Source of the DNA: Aliivibrio fischeri ES114
GTDB lineage: Bacteria > Pseudomonadota > Gammaproteobacteria > Enterobacterales > Vibrionaceae
NCBI RefSeq assembly: GCF_000011805.1
Contig: NC_006840.2
Reading direction: 5' to 3' (one strand)
DNA length: 32,000 bases
This document shows, piece after piece, positions 1-8,825 of the stretch. The translations under genes and the position numbers were made by a program. Each line of letters begins with the position of its first letter. The stretch's first letter is position 1. The notes beneath the pieces were generated by a model that was given only the letters and a program-made list of their open reading frames with translations, was not told where the DNA came from and searched no databases.

Positions 1-67
1 ACCTTACAGATACGGCTTTAATGCTATGATGCCCTACATCTAAACCTGTAATAGTGGGGTAGATCAT
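1..67 (-). CDS. pilM: Type IV pilus assembly protein PilM, N-terminal fragment running off the left edge
   Basis: Reverse complement from 67 reads ATG ATC TAC CCC ACT ATT ACA GGT TTA GAT GTA GGG CAT CAT AGC ATT AAA GCC GTA = MIYPTITGLDVGHHSIKAVSVR..., the actin-like ATPase start typical of PilM. It is divergent from mrcA, the usual gammaproteobacterial arrangement. Confidence 0.75.
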   Translation of the reverse strand, partial: MIYPTITGLDVGHHSIKAVSVR

Positions 68-201
68 CCTGATTTAACTCCAAGTAATAAATATCTCAAA
101 ATTAAGCGTTTATTTGCGTTATTTTTTGTTGTGTTATATTTATACTACTCAGTTATGGGTCAGAAACGATAATACAGATTAAAGTAAACGGGAAATATCA
201 G

Positions 202-2700
202 GTGAAGTTCATAAAGGCACTACTAATAGTTACATTGGTTTGCATAATTCTTGGGGTCACAACAATTTTTGGTTTCTACCAATATGTGAAGCCAGAATTA
301 CCAGATGTGGCAACATTAAAAGATGTTCAACTGCAAACACCAATGCAGGTATATAGCCGCGATGGTAAGTTAATCGCACAGTTTGGTGAAAAGCGCCGTA
401 TTCCATTAAAACTGGAAGAAATGCCGCCTCATCTACTTGAAGCCGTCATTGCCACAGAAGATAGCCGCTTTTATAGCCACTATGGTTTTGATCCTATCGG
501 TATCACTCGTGCCGCCTTTGCTGTATTAGCTTCTGGCTCTGCAAAGCAAGGGGCGAGTACCATTACCCAACAACTTGCGCGTAACTTCTTTTTATCTAAT
601 GAAAAGAAAATCATGCGTAAAATTAAAGAGATCTTCATTGCCGTTCACATTGAACAGCTATTAACAAAGCAAGAGATCTTAGAACTCTACTTAAATAAAA
701 TTTACTTAGGTTATCGTTCTTATGGTGTTGGTGCTGCTGCTCATGTTTACTTTGGTAAAGAAGTGAGTCAACTGACCTTAGGTGAAGTTGCTATTATTGC
801 AGGTTTACCAAAAGCCCCATCAACAATGAACCCAATTTATTCTGTTGATCGTGCAACAACACGTCGTAATGTTGTTCTTGCTCGTATGCTTGATGAAGGC
901 TACATAACAAAACAAGAATTTGATGATGCAAAGGCCGAGGTGGTTATCTCTAAATACCACGGTGCAGAAATCGAATTACAAGCACCCTATATTGCTGAAA
1001 TTGCTCGTGCTTGGATGGTAAACAAATACGGTGAAGAAGCGGCTTATACTTCGGGTATGAACATCTACACAACCGTAGATTCAAAAATGCAAGCGGCTGC
1101 TAATAAGGCATCAATTGATAACCTATTAGCTTATGACGAGCGTCATGGTTACCGTGGTGCGGTTAAAACCGTATGGGAACCAAAAGCGACACCTCTTGAT
1201 GAAGAAGCAATTACGAAGCACCTTAAAAACGAACCTTCATACGGTGAGTTAATGCCTGCTGTTGTTACTTCAATCAAAGGAAAAACAGCAACGGTTGATA
1301 TTAAAAATAATGGCGTCGCAACTATTCCTTGGGATGGTTTAAAGTGGGCTCGTCGCTTTAAAACAGACAAGCGTCAAGGACCTGCGCCACGTCGTGCTTC
1401 TGATATCTTAGCGGTTGGTGAACAAATTTATGTTCGTCCATTAAGCCAAGAAACCAAAGATGATGTAACAACAACCGTATGGAAGCTAAGCCAAGTACCT
1501 GCAGCGAACACAGCATTTGTTGCTATGGACCCAAGAGATGGTGCAATCACCTCTTTAGTTGGTGGTTTTAACTTTGTTCATAACAAGTTTAACCGTGCAA
1601 CTCAATCTGTTCGTCAGGTCGGTTCAAGTATCAAGCCATTCATTTATTCAGCGGCACTTTACCACGGTAAAACATTAGCTAGTTTAATCAACGATGCGCC
1701 AATTAATACATGGGATGAGAGTCAAGGTACAGCATGGAGACCTAAAAACTCACCACCAACTTATGTTGGCCCTGCTCGTTTACGCATTGGTTTAGCTCAA
1801 TCTAAAAACGTAATGGCGGTTCGTGTTTTACGTGATGTAGGTTTAGATGAAACTATCGATTACCTAACACGTTTTGGTTTTAAGAAAGATGAACTTCCAC
1901 GCTCTGAAACCATTGCTCTTGGAGCTGGTAGTTTAACACCAGTTCAAATGGCACAAGGCTTTGCTGTTTTTGCTAACAATGGTTACTACGTAGAACCTTA
2001 CTATATTGACCATATTACTGGCCCGTTCGGTGATGAAGTTTACAAAGCGACACCAAAAACCATTTGTCAGCGTGATTGTTCTCATCAAAATGATGAAGAT
2101 TCACCTTATGCGAAAAAAGTAATTTCTGCACAAAACGCATTCTTAACTAAACAAATGATGTACAGCAACATTTGGGGTGGTGGTAGTTGGCGTAAAGGTA
2201 CAGGTTGGAATGGTACAGGCTGGCGTGCACAAGTACTAAAACGTCGTGATATCGGTGGTAAAACAGGTACAACTAACGACTCTGTTGATGCTTGGTACAA
2301 TGGCTATGGCCCGAATGTAGTAGCAACAGCATGGGTTGGTTTTGATAACCCGTCGCACCGACTAGGTTACACCACGAAAAACGACAACATGACCAAAGAA
2401 GAAATGTCTTTTGGTGGTGAAGCTGGTGGTAAAACAGCTATTTACGCTTGGGTTAATTTCATGAAGGTCGCACTAGAAGGTGTTCCTGAAGAGAAGCTAC
2501 AACTTCCGGCAAACATCATTAAGGTGAAGATAGATCGCGAAACTGGTCTACTAACCAACAAAAATGATGAAACAAGTATGTGGGAATATTTTGCTGGTGG
2601 AACTCAACCAAAAGAATATGTAGAACAAGATTTCCAAGACACTATTTATTCATCACACGATGCAGATGGTGACGGAATGGAAGACGAAAGCCTGTTCTAA
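202..2700 (+). CDS. mrcA: Penicillin-binding protein 1A (bifunctional transglycosylase/transpeptidase), GTG start
   Basis: 832-aa ORF with a signal anchor, GT51 motifs (ATEDSRFYSHYGFD, QGASTITQQLARNFFL) and transpeptidase motifs (SVRQVGSSIKPF, SKN, KTGTTN). Confidence 0.97.
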   Translation: MKFIKALLIVTLVCIILGVTTIFGFYQYVKPELPDVATLKDVQLQTPMQVYSRDGKLIAQFGEKRRIPLKLEEMPPHLLEAVIATEDSRFYSHYGFDPIGITRAAFAVLASGSAKQGASTITQQLARNFFLSNEKKIMRKIKEIFIAVHIEQLLTKQEILELYLNKIYLGYRSYGVGAAAHVYFGKEVSQLTLGEVAIIAGLPKAPSTMNPIYSVDRATTRRNVVLARMLDEGYITKQEFDDAKAEVVISKYHGAEIELQAPYIAEIARAWMVNKYGEEAAYTSGMNIYTTVDSKMQAAANKASIDNLLAYDERHGYRGAVKTVWEPKATPLDEEAITKHLKNEPSYGELMPAVVTSIKGKTATVDIKNNGVATIPWDGLKWARRFKTDKRQGPAPRRASDILAVGEQIYVRPLSQETKDDVTTTVWKLSQVPAANTAFVAMDPRDGAITSLVGGFNFVHNKFNRATQSVRQVGSSIKPFIYSAALYHGKTLASLINDAPINTWDESQGTAWRPKNSPPTYVGPARLRIGLAQSKNVMAVRVLRDVGLDETIDYLTRFGFKKDELPRSETIALGAGSLTPVQMAQGFAVFANNGYYVEPYYIDHITGPFGDEVYKATPKTICQRDCSHQNDEDSPYAKKVISAQNAFLTKQMMYSNIWGGGSWRKGTGWNGTGWRAQVLKRRDIGGKTGTTNDSVDAWYNGYGPNVVATAWVGFDNPSHRLGYTTKNDNMTKEEMSFGGEAGGKTAIYAWVNFMKVALEGVPEEKLQLPANIIKVKIDRETGLLTNKNDETSMWEYFAGGTQPKEYVEQDFQDTIYSSHDADGDGMEDESLF

Positions 2701-2722
2701 TCCCTTAAAATCACTTTAATAA

Positions 2723-2752
2723 AAAGGCACGCTACATATCTAGCGTGCCTTT
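2723..2752. terminator. Probable bidirectional Rho-independent terminator between mrcA and oxyR
   Basis: AAAGGCACGCTA-CATATC-TAGCGTGCCTTT perfect hairpin with an A-run before and a T-run after. Confidence 0.85.
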
Positions 2753-2766
2753 TTTATAAGCTTAAT

Positions 2767-3666
2767 TTAGCTACGAATAACATTAGACATTTTATTCTCA
2801 ATCTCTTTAGCCAGTGACTCATATCGCGCTCTTAGTGGTGAACCAGGGCGATAAGCTAAAACGATTTGACGATGAGGGACAGGATCTTGAGCAGGTAAAT
2901 AACACACACCATCACGCTCTTTTTCTTTTGGTACCGACAAGTATGGCATTAATGTAATCCCCCCGCCGGCAGCGACCATATTACGTAACGTTTCTAAACT
3001 AGTTGCTTTAAAATGATCATCATCTTTAGCCCCTGCAGCAAAACAAAAACCTAAGGCTTGATCTCGTAAGCAGTGACCATCTCCTAACATAAGAACCGAT
3101 TCACCACTCAAACGAGACATATCAATCGACACTTCTTTTGCCCATTTATGATCTTTAGGCACAGCAAGTACCATAGGCTCATCGTAAACAGGAACCTCGA
3201 TAAACATATTGGTCTCTTCCACAGAAGCCAAAATCATACAGTCAATTTTCCCCTCTTCTAGCATTTTCACTAATTGATGCGTCTGCGCTTCATGAAGGTA
3301 TAAATTTAAATCTGGGAACTGTGCTTTCAATGTTGGAACAATCCATGGCAACACATAAGGCCCAACGGTAGGTATAAACCCTAAATGCAACGGGCCTGTC
3401 ATTTCCTTACCTTGTTGATTGGCAAGTTCAGAAAAGCGTTTTACTTCAAGTAAGATCTTTTTCGCTTGCTCGACTAACTGTAACCCAGCCTCAGTGAACA
3501 AGACTTTGCGACTGGTTCTCTCTAATAAAGCCAAACCAACTTCATCTTCTAACTTCTTGATTTGTCCACTTAATGTCGGCTGACTAACAAAACAAGACTC
3601 TGCCGCTTTACGAAAGTGTTTATGCTCAGCAAGTGCGACCAAGTACTCAAAATCTCGGATATTCAT
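2767..3666 (-). CDS. oxyR: LysR-family hydrogen peroxide-responsive regulator OxyR
   Basis: 299 aa: N-terminal HTH (MNIRDFEYLVALAEHKHFRKAAESCFVSQPTLSGQIKKLEDE) and Cys residues in the GDGHCLRDQALGFC region. Divergent from a peroxidase gene. Confidence 0.93.
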   Translation of the reverse strand: MNIRDFEYLVALAEHKHFRKAAESCFVSQPTLSGQIKKLEDEVGLALLERTSRKVLFTEAGLQLVEQAKKILLEVKRFSELANQQGKEMTGPLHLGFIPTVGPYVLPWIVPTLKAQFPDLNLYLHEAQTHQLVKMLEEGKIDCMILASVEETNMFIEVPVYDEPMVLAVPKDHKWAKEVSIDMSRLSGESVLMLGDGHCLRDQALGFCFAAGAKDDDHFKATSLETLRNMVAAGGGITLMPYLSVPKEKERDGVCYLPAQDPVPHRQIVLAYRPGSPLRARYESLAKEIENKMSNVIRS

Positions 3667-3715
3667 GTATTAAACTCCCGTAAGCTTTATCACTTTATTA
3701 TCAATAAATTGATTG

Positions 3716-3752
3716 ATAGATTTTAACGATTGAAACGATAACACCAAACGAT
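3716..3752. promoter_or_regulatory. Candidate OxyR binding site in the oxyR/peroxiredoxin intergenic region
   Basis: ATAGATTTTAACGAT-TGAAACG-ATAACACCAAACGAT aligned to ATAGnTnnnAnCTAT-N7-ATAGnTnnnAnCTAT: exact N7 spacing, 1 mismatch in the first half and about 3 in the second. Confidence 0.5.
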
Positions 3753-3846
3753 TAGAACTATCAAGTCAGCTTTTGCATAATAGCTACATCAAACGGGCAG
3801 GCCCCGAAAAAGAAATTCAAAATTATTTAAATTAAAGGACATCATT

Positions 3847-4575
3847 ATGTTTACATCTAAAGAAGGTCAATCAGTTCCTCAAGTAACTTTCCCTACTCGT
3901 CAAGGTGATGCTTGGGTTAACGTAACAACAGAAGAACTATTTAAAGACAAAACAGTTATCGTATTCAGTCTTCCTGGTGCTTTTACACCAACATGTTCTT
4001 CAAGCCACCTACCTCGCTACAACGAGTTACACTCTGTATTTAAAGAGAATGGCGTTGATGACATCCTATGTGTATCAGTAAACGATACTTTCGTAATGAA
4101 CGCATGGAAAGCAGACCAAGAAGCAGAAAACATCACTTTCATCCCTGATGGTAATGGTGAATTCACAGACGGCATGGGTATGCTAGTTGAGAAAAACGAC
4201 CTTGGTTTTGGTAAACGTTCATGGCGTTACAGCATGCTAGTTAAAAATGGCGTAGTTGAAAAAATGTTCATCGAAGAAGACGTACCAGGCGACCCGTTCA
4301 AAGTATCTGATGCAGACACTATGCTAAACTACCTTGCTCCTGAACATAAAGAACAAGAGTCAATTACAGTATTCACAAAACCAGGTTGTCCTTTCTGTAT
4401 GAAAGCGAAACAAAACCTAATCGACAAAGGCCTAAACTACGAAGAAGTGGTACTAGGTAAAGATGCAACCACAGTAAGTCTACGAGCTATCACTGGTCGC
4501 ACTACGGTTCCTCAAGTATTCATCGGCGGTAAACACATCGGTGGTAGCGAAGAACTAGAAGCTTTCCTAGCTTAA
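3847..4575 (+). CDS. Hybrid peroxiredoxin-glutaredoxin (Prx5-type domain fused to a C-terminal glutaredoxin)
   Basis: 242 aa: Prx motif [18 protein letters not shown] at the N-terminus and glutaredoxin motif [12 protein letters not shown]...[23 protein letters not shown] at the C-terminus. Confidence 0.95.
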   Translation: MFTSKEGQSVPQVTFPTRQGDAWVNVTTEELFKDKTVIVFSLPGAFTPTCSSSHLPRYNELHSVFKENGVDDILCVSVNDTFVMNAWKADQEAENITFIPDGNGEFTDGMGMLVEKNDLGFGKRSWRYSMLVKNGVVEKMFIEEDVPGDPFKVSDADTMLNYLAPEHKEQESITVFTKPGCPFCMKAKQNLIDKGLNYEEVVLGKDATTVSLRAITGRTTVPQVFIGGKHIGGSEELEAFLA

Positions 4576-4600
4576 TCGTTAACTTAACCGTTAATGAAAA

Positions 4601-4623
4601 GTAGCCCACAAACCGTGGGCTAC
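4601..4623 (+). repeat. Perfect 9-bp hairpin between the Prx-Grx gene and the flavoprotein gene
   Basis: GTAGCCCAC-AAACC-GTGGGCTAC, with no clear T-run afterwards (CATTTCAAAC). Confidence 0.6.
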
Positions 4624-4669
4624 CATTTCAAACTCTTCTTCTAAAATAAATCTACGTGAGATATGAATT

Positions 4670-6136
4670 ATGAAACAAGTCAATGTTGATGTAGCTGTTA
4701 TCGGTGGTGGTACAGCAGGTCTAGGCTCTTACCGTGCAGCAAAAGCACATACTGACAGTGTTGTCATGATTGAAGGCGGCCCTTACGGTACCACTTGTGC
4801 TCGCGTTGGTTGTATGCCATCTAAGCTATTAATTGCTGCTGCAGAAAGCGTTCACCAAATTGAAAAAGCACCTAAATTTGGTATCCACCCTCAAGGTGAA
4901 ATCGTAATTAATGGTCGTGAAGTAATGGAACGCGTTAAGTTTGAGCGTGACCGTTTTGTTGGGTTTGTTTTAGAAGGCGTTGATGAAATTCCGGCTGAAG
5001 ATAAAATCTCTGGATACGCAAAATTTTTAGATGACAACACGCTTCAAGTTGATGATCACACAATCATTAATGCAAAACGTATTGTTATCGCTACTGGTTC
5101 TCGTCCTGCTTACCCAGCGGTTTGGAATGAACTGGGTGATCGTTTAATCATTAATGATGACGTATTTAACTGGGATGACCTACCAAAATCAGTTGCCGTA
5201 TTTGGCCCTGGTGTTATTGGTCTTGAACTTGGTCAAGCTCTTCACCGTTTAGGTGTTGAAACCAAACTGTTTGGTTTAGGTGGTCAAGTAGGTCCTGTTA
5301 CAGACCCAGAAGTAATGGCGTATGCAAACAAAGCGTTCAATGAAGAGTTTTATCTTGATGCAGACGTAAAAGTTGAAAGCATGAAGCGTATTACAACTGA
5401 ATCAGGTGAAGAGCGCGTTGAAATTCAATTCATCAACAAACAAGGTGAGCTAGAAACTAATATTGTTGAGTATGTATTAGCAGCAACAGGACGTCGTCCA
5501 AATACCGATAAACTGGGCTTAGAAAATACATCAATTGAATTAGATGAACGTGGTGTACCAACAGCAGATTTCTATACCCTACAAACATCACTACCAACGG
5601 TATTTATTGCTGGTGATGCAAGTAACCAATTGCCGTTATTACACGAAGCTGCAGACCAAGCTCGTATTGCTGGTGATAATGCAGGTCGCTTCCCTGAGAT
5701 CCGTGCAGGCCTTCGTCGCTCAAAAATCTCAGCGGTATTCTCTGACCCACAAATTGCAATGGTTGGTGAAACTTATAAAGAAATCACAACACGCTTAGGT
5801 ACTTGTGGTTGTTTCGCGACGGGTGAAGTGTCTTTTGAAAACCAAGGCCGCTCACGAGTAATGCTACGTAATAAAGGCATTCTTCATGTATACGGTGAGC
5901 AAGGTACAGGTCGCTTCCTTGGTGCTGAAATGATGGGACCAAATGCAGAACATTTAGCTCACTTGTTAGCTTGGGCACACCAAAACAAGATGACAGTGTC
6001 AGAAATGCTAGATATGCCTTTCTATCACCCAGTAATCGAAGAAGGGGTTCGTACTGCTCTTCGTGATTTAAATGCGAAATTACATTTAGGCCCTGAAATG
6101 ATCAAACACTGCATGGATTGTGGTCCGGGCTGTTAA
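4670..6136 (+). CDS. Dihydrolipoamide dehydrogenase-like pyridine nucleotide-disulfide oxidoreductase
   Basis: 488 aa: FAD-binding GGGTAGLGSYRAA, redox-active GTTCARVGCMPSK, NAD-binding FGPGVIGLELGQAL, FAD motif VFIAGDA, and dimerisation-domain HP motif MPFYHPVIEEG. No adjacent pyruvate or 2-oxoglutarate dehydrogenase E1/E2 genes. Confidence 0.85.
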   Translation: MKQVNVDVAVIGGGTAGLGSYRAAKAHTDSVVMIEGGPYGTTCARVGCMPSKLLIAAAESVHQIEKAPKFGIHPQGEIVINGREVMERVKFERDRFVGFVLEGVDEIPAEDKISGYAKFLDDNTLQVDDHTIINAKRIVIATGSRPAYPAVWNELGDRLIINDDVFNWDDLPKSVAVFGPGVIGLELGQALHRLGVETKLFGLGGQVGPVTDPEVMAYANKAFNEEFYLDADVKVESMKRITTESGEERVEIQFINKQGELETNIVEYVLAATGRRPNTDKLGLENTSIELDERGVPTADFYTLQTSLPTVFIAGDASNQLPLLHEAADQARIAGDNAGRFPEIRAGLRRSKISAVFSDPQIAMVGETYKEITTRLGTCGCFATGEVSFENQGRSRVMLRNKGILHVYGEQGTGRFLGAEMMGPNAEHLAHLLAWAHQNKMTVSEMLDMPFYHPVIEEGVRTALRDLNAKLHLGPEMIKHCMDCGPGC

Positions 6137-6158
6137 TCAGATTAAAAAGTCCAAAAAT

Positions 6159-6190
6159 AAAAAGACCAATGTTTGCGCATTGGTCTTTTT
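6159..6190 (+). terminator. Rho-independent terminator after the flavoprotein gene
   Basis: AAAAAGACCAATG-TTTGCG-CATTGGTCTTTTT. Confidence 0.85.
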
Positions 6191-6237
6191 GCATTTAAAG
6201 TTCTCTCCACTCGCTTACCAATCAAAGAACTCAATAC

Positions 6238-6486
6238 ATGACATGTAAAACTTGTCGCTCAGACATTTTCAAACAAAAACTAGGTCGCTGTACGCGTTGT
6301 ATGAAACAACTGACATTTCTTTCTATTGGGGGATGGTTGACTTGGTTGGAGTTCTTTCAAATGACGCCATATAAAATAGAAGCTATCGCCACATTTATGG
6401 TGAGTTCAGCCTTTACTGGCTTACTTGTTTTACATCTTATCGCTATGGCTTATTACCGTTTGAATAATACCAATAACAACAAGTGA
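6238..6486 (+). CDS. Small Cys-rich putative membrane protein (resembles DUF3624 family proteins of Vibrionaceae)
   Basis: 82-aa ORF MTCKTCRSDIFKQKLGRCTRCMKQL... with two CxxC pairs, followed by hydrophobic stretches. It sits between two hairpins and does not overlap another gene. Confidence 0.65.
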   Translation: MTCKTCRSDIFKQKLGRCTRCMKQLTFLSIGGWLTWLEFFQMTPYKIEAIATFMVSSAFTGLLVLHLIAMAYYRLNNTNNNK

Positions 6487-6500
6487 GCAGATAAAATAAA

Positions 6501-6527
6501 GCCCCAATACCATATAAGTATTGGGGC
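6501..6527 (+). terminator. Hairpin downstream of the 82-aa ORF; possible terminator, weak T-run
   Basis: GCCCCAATAC-loop-GTATTGGGGC followed by CTCTTAGAATCTTTCT. Confidence 0.45.
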
Positions 6528-6653
6528 CTCTTAGAATCTTTCTAAGAAAAAGCAGTATTAATAAGACTAATACTTAATTAAAAAGTTCACCACTTTTTCT
6601 TTTTTATTACGCTTATTTAGTTAACTCAATCGCATAAATATTTGCAATATAAA

Positions 6654-8528
6654 CTAAGCTACACTGCTTTTAATGATCACTTGCTCTTGTAGATTCACTT
6701 CTAGTGCAACCTCATCACACGCATGTTGACGTGGACATTGATCACAGTCTTTCAGCACCTTTTCTGGCAACAATGAACGAGAGGTAGGAATAAAGTCTTG
6801 TTTCATAAAGAACTCTGGAACACGAGTTAATACAAAAACTTTCTTAATCGCCATCTCACGTGCTTTTTCAACTAAATGCTGAACAATGGCTTTACCTTGA
6901 CCTTGACTCTGCCACCCAGCTTCAACACCTAATGAACGAATTTCTGCAAGTCCTGAGTCATACACATACAAAGAGGCACAGCCTGTCACTTCTCCATGAT
7001 GCTCTGCCACAGCAAATGAGCCAATATCACGTACTAATTCATTACGATTACGCGGTAAGTTTTCACCAAGCCCAGCCCAGTATGCAACCATACCTTCCAG
7101 TGCATCTAAATCAGTTAAACGAGCTGGACGAACCTTCACACCAGCATTATCACGCTCTTGTAGACGTTTACCTGCTTGCTCAACGGCATACGCAACTTGC
7201 TCAGGAGCAACGCCACCTAATGCACAACGTTTTGCAAGGCAAGATTCAATGGTGAGGATTTCATACACATCGTCTTCAATCACTTCAGAGAACGCTTTCA
7301 GTTCAGCAAGAGAAAGTTCTTCTAATGCACAGCCTTTTTCAATCGCACCGACAACGGCAACACCAACAATATGGTGAGCTTCACGGAACGGAATGCCTTT
7401 CGCTACCAAGTAATCAGCCAGTTCTGTTGAGTTTGCATACCCTTGTTTTGCTGCTTCAAGCGTACGTTCCCCATTAATCTTAATACCTTCAAAGCACAAC
7501 GCAGCCATTTCAATACAATCAGACCAGCTATCCAAGGCATCAAATAAGCCTTCTTTGTCTTCTTGCATGTCTTTGTTGTAAGCCAGTGGCAATGCTTTTA
7601 CTGTCATCATCATGCCAGCCATTGCACCATATACACGTCCACACTTACCACGGATCAACTCCAATGCATCTGGGTTTTTCTTCTGCGGCATAAGTGATGA
7701 GCCTGAAGTCACGGTATCAGCCAATTCGATAAAATTCGATTCACCTGAATTGTAAAAAATCATGTCTTCAGCAAGACGAGAAAGGTGCAACATTGAAATG
7801 GAAGCGATCGACATGAGTTCCATGACATGATCACGATCAGATACCGAATCTAAACTATTACGTGTTGCACGTTGGAATCCAAGGTTACGAGCCAGCTTTT
7901 CACGATCCATAGGATAAGCAGTGCCAGCAAGAGCTCCAGAGCCTAACGGACAAGTATCTAAACGATTAATTGCATCTTCAAGACGAGAATAATCACGCTC
8001 AATCATCTCAACATAAGCTAAACACCAATGAGCAAAAGTCACAGGCTGTGCACGTTGTAAGTGCGTATAACCCGGAAGTACTGTCGCTTGATGCTCACTT
8101 GCTACGTTTACTAATTGATTAAGAAGTTGATCAAGTGTACGCAGTAGTTGATGTCCTTGTTGACGACACCAAAGCTTTAAATCTGTTGCTACTTGATCAT
8201 TACGAGAACGGCCAGTATGGAGTTTTTTACCTAAGTCACCGACTTTACCAATCAATTGAGTTTCTACCCAACTGTGAATATCTTCAGCATCAGACAATAA
8301 GATCTGTTCAGGATCTTCCATTACTTCTAATTTTAATTCATTCAGTGCTAATTCAAGCTTTTGCTGCTCAAGTTCGGTAATTACACCTACTGAAAGCAAT
8401 GCTTTAGACCATGCAATCGAACCAACAATATCTTGTTCTGCAAGGCGGTAATCAATACGAAGTGAATCGTTAAACTGTTTGAATCTGGTGTCTGCTGCTT
8501 GACTAAAACGTCCGCCCCATAATGCCAT
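6654..8528 (-). CDS. argH: Argininosuccinate lyase fused to a C-terminal GNAT acetyltransferase (N-acetylglutamate synthase-like) domain, ArgH(A) type
   Basis: 624 aa: lyase signature [12 protein letters not shown], then an extra ~160 aa after [13 protein letters not shown] with GNAT features ([12 protein letters not shown]..., [29 protein letters not shown]). Confidence 0.95.
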   Translation of the reverse strand: MALWGGRFSQAADTRFKQFNDSLRIDYRLAEQDIVGSIAWSKALLSVGVITELEQQKLELALNELKLEVMEDPEQILLSDAEDIHSWVETQLIGKVGDLGKKLHTGRSRNDQVATDLKLWCRQQGHQLLRTLDQLLNQLVNVASEHQATVLPGYTHLQRAQPVTFAHWCLAYVEMIERDYSRLEDAINRLDTCPLGSGALAGTAYPMDREKLARNLGFQRATRNSLDSVSDRDHVMELMSIASISMLHLSRLAEDMIFYNSGESNFIELADTVTSGSSLMPQKKNPDALELIRGKCGRVYGAMAGMMMTVKALPLAYNKDMQEDKEGLFDALDSWSDCIEMAALCFEGIKINGERTLEAAKQGYANSTELADYLVAKGIPFREAHHIVGVAVVGAIEKGCALEELSLAELKAFSEVIEDDVYEILTIESCLAKRCALGGVAPEQVAYAVEQAGKRLQERDNAGVKVRPARLTDLDALEGMVAYWAGLGENLPRNRNELVRDIGSFAVAEHHGEVTGCASLYVYDSGLAEIRSLGVEAGWQSQGQGKAIVQHLVEKAREMAIKKVFVLTRVPEFFMKQDFIPTSRSLLPEKVLKDCDQCPRQHACDEVALEVNLQEQVIIKSSVA

Positions 8529-8734
8529 GCTGTCTCTCCTAAATGCACAATGCTCACTGCTTTTGTTCTGATTAAACTCAGTATTTTTCTTGATGGTTTT
8601 AACTTACGGTAATTACAGATAAAAATAAAGAAAAAATTCATTATTTTTACATATTTATTCAAATTAATCTCATTAAACTCGAATTACATTAATCAATATA
8701 ATTGGTTATTGGCTTGATATTCACCGTTACATAC

Positions 8735-8771
8735 AAAAAATCGAAGCCCGTTTATATAAAACGAGCTTCGA
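8735..8771 (-). terminator. Rho-independent terminator downstream of argG, separating it from argH
   Basis: Minus strand reads TCGAAGC-T-CGTTT...AAACG-G-GCTTCGA-TTTTTT. Confidence 0.75.
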
Positions 8772-8825
8772 CATAGTGTAAAACAAATTGTTTAAATCTT
8801 ATTCTTAATAAGTAATACGCATTAC

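Noticed and set aside
5544-5798. 84-aa plus-strand ORF inside the flavoprotein gene
   Set aside because: Alternate frame of a well-supported gene with no independent start signal evident.
6860-7255. 131-aa plus-strand ORF
   Set aside because: Entirely antisense to the well-supported argH coding sequence; the Gln/His-rich composition is typical of a shadow ORF.
8135-8380. 81-aa plus-strand ORF and the 91-aa minus-strand ORF at 8387..8662
   Set aside because: One is antisense to argH; the other overlaps the argH start in another frame and extends into AT-rich intergenic DNA. No homology recognised.
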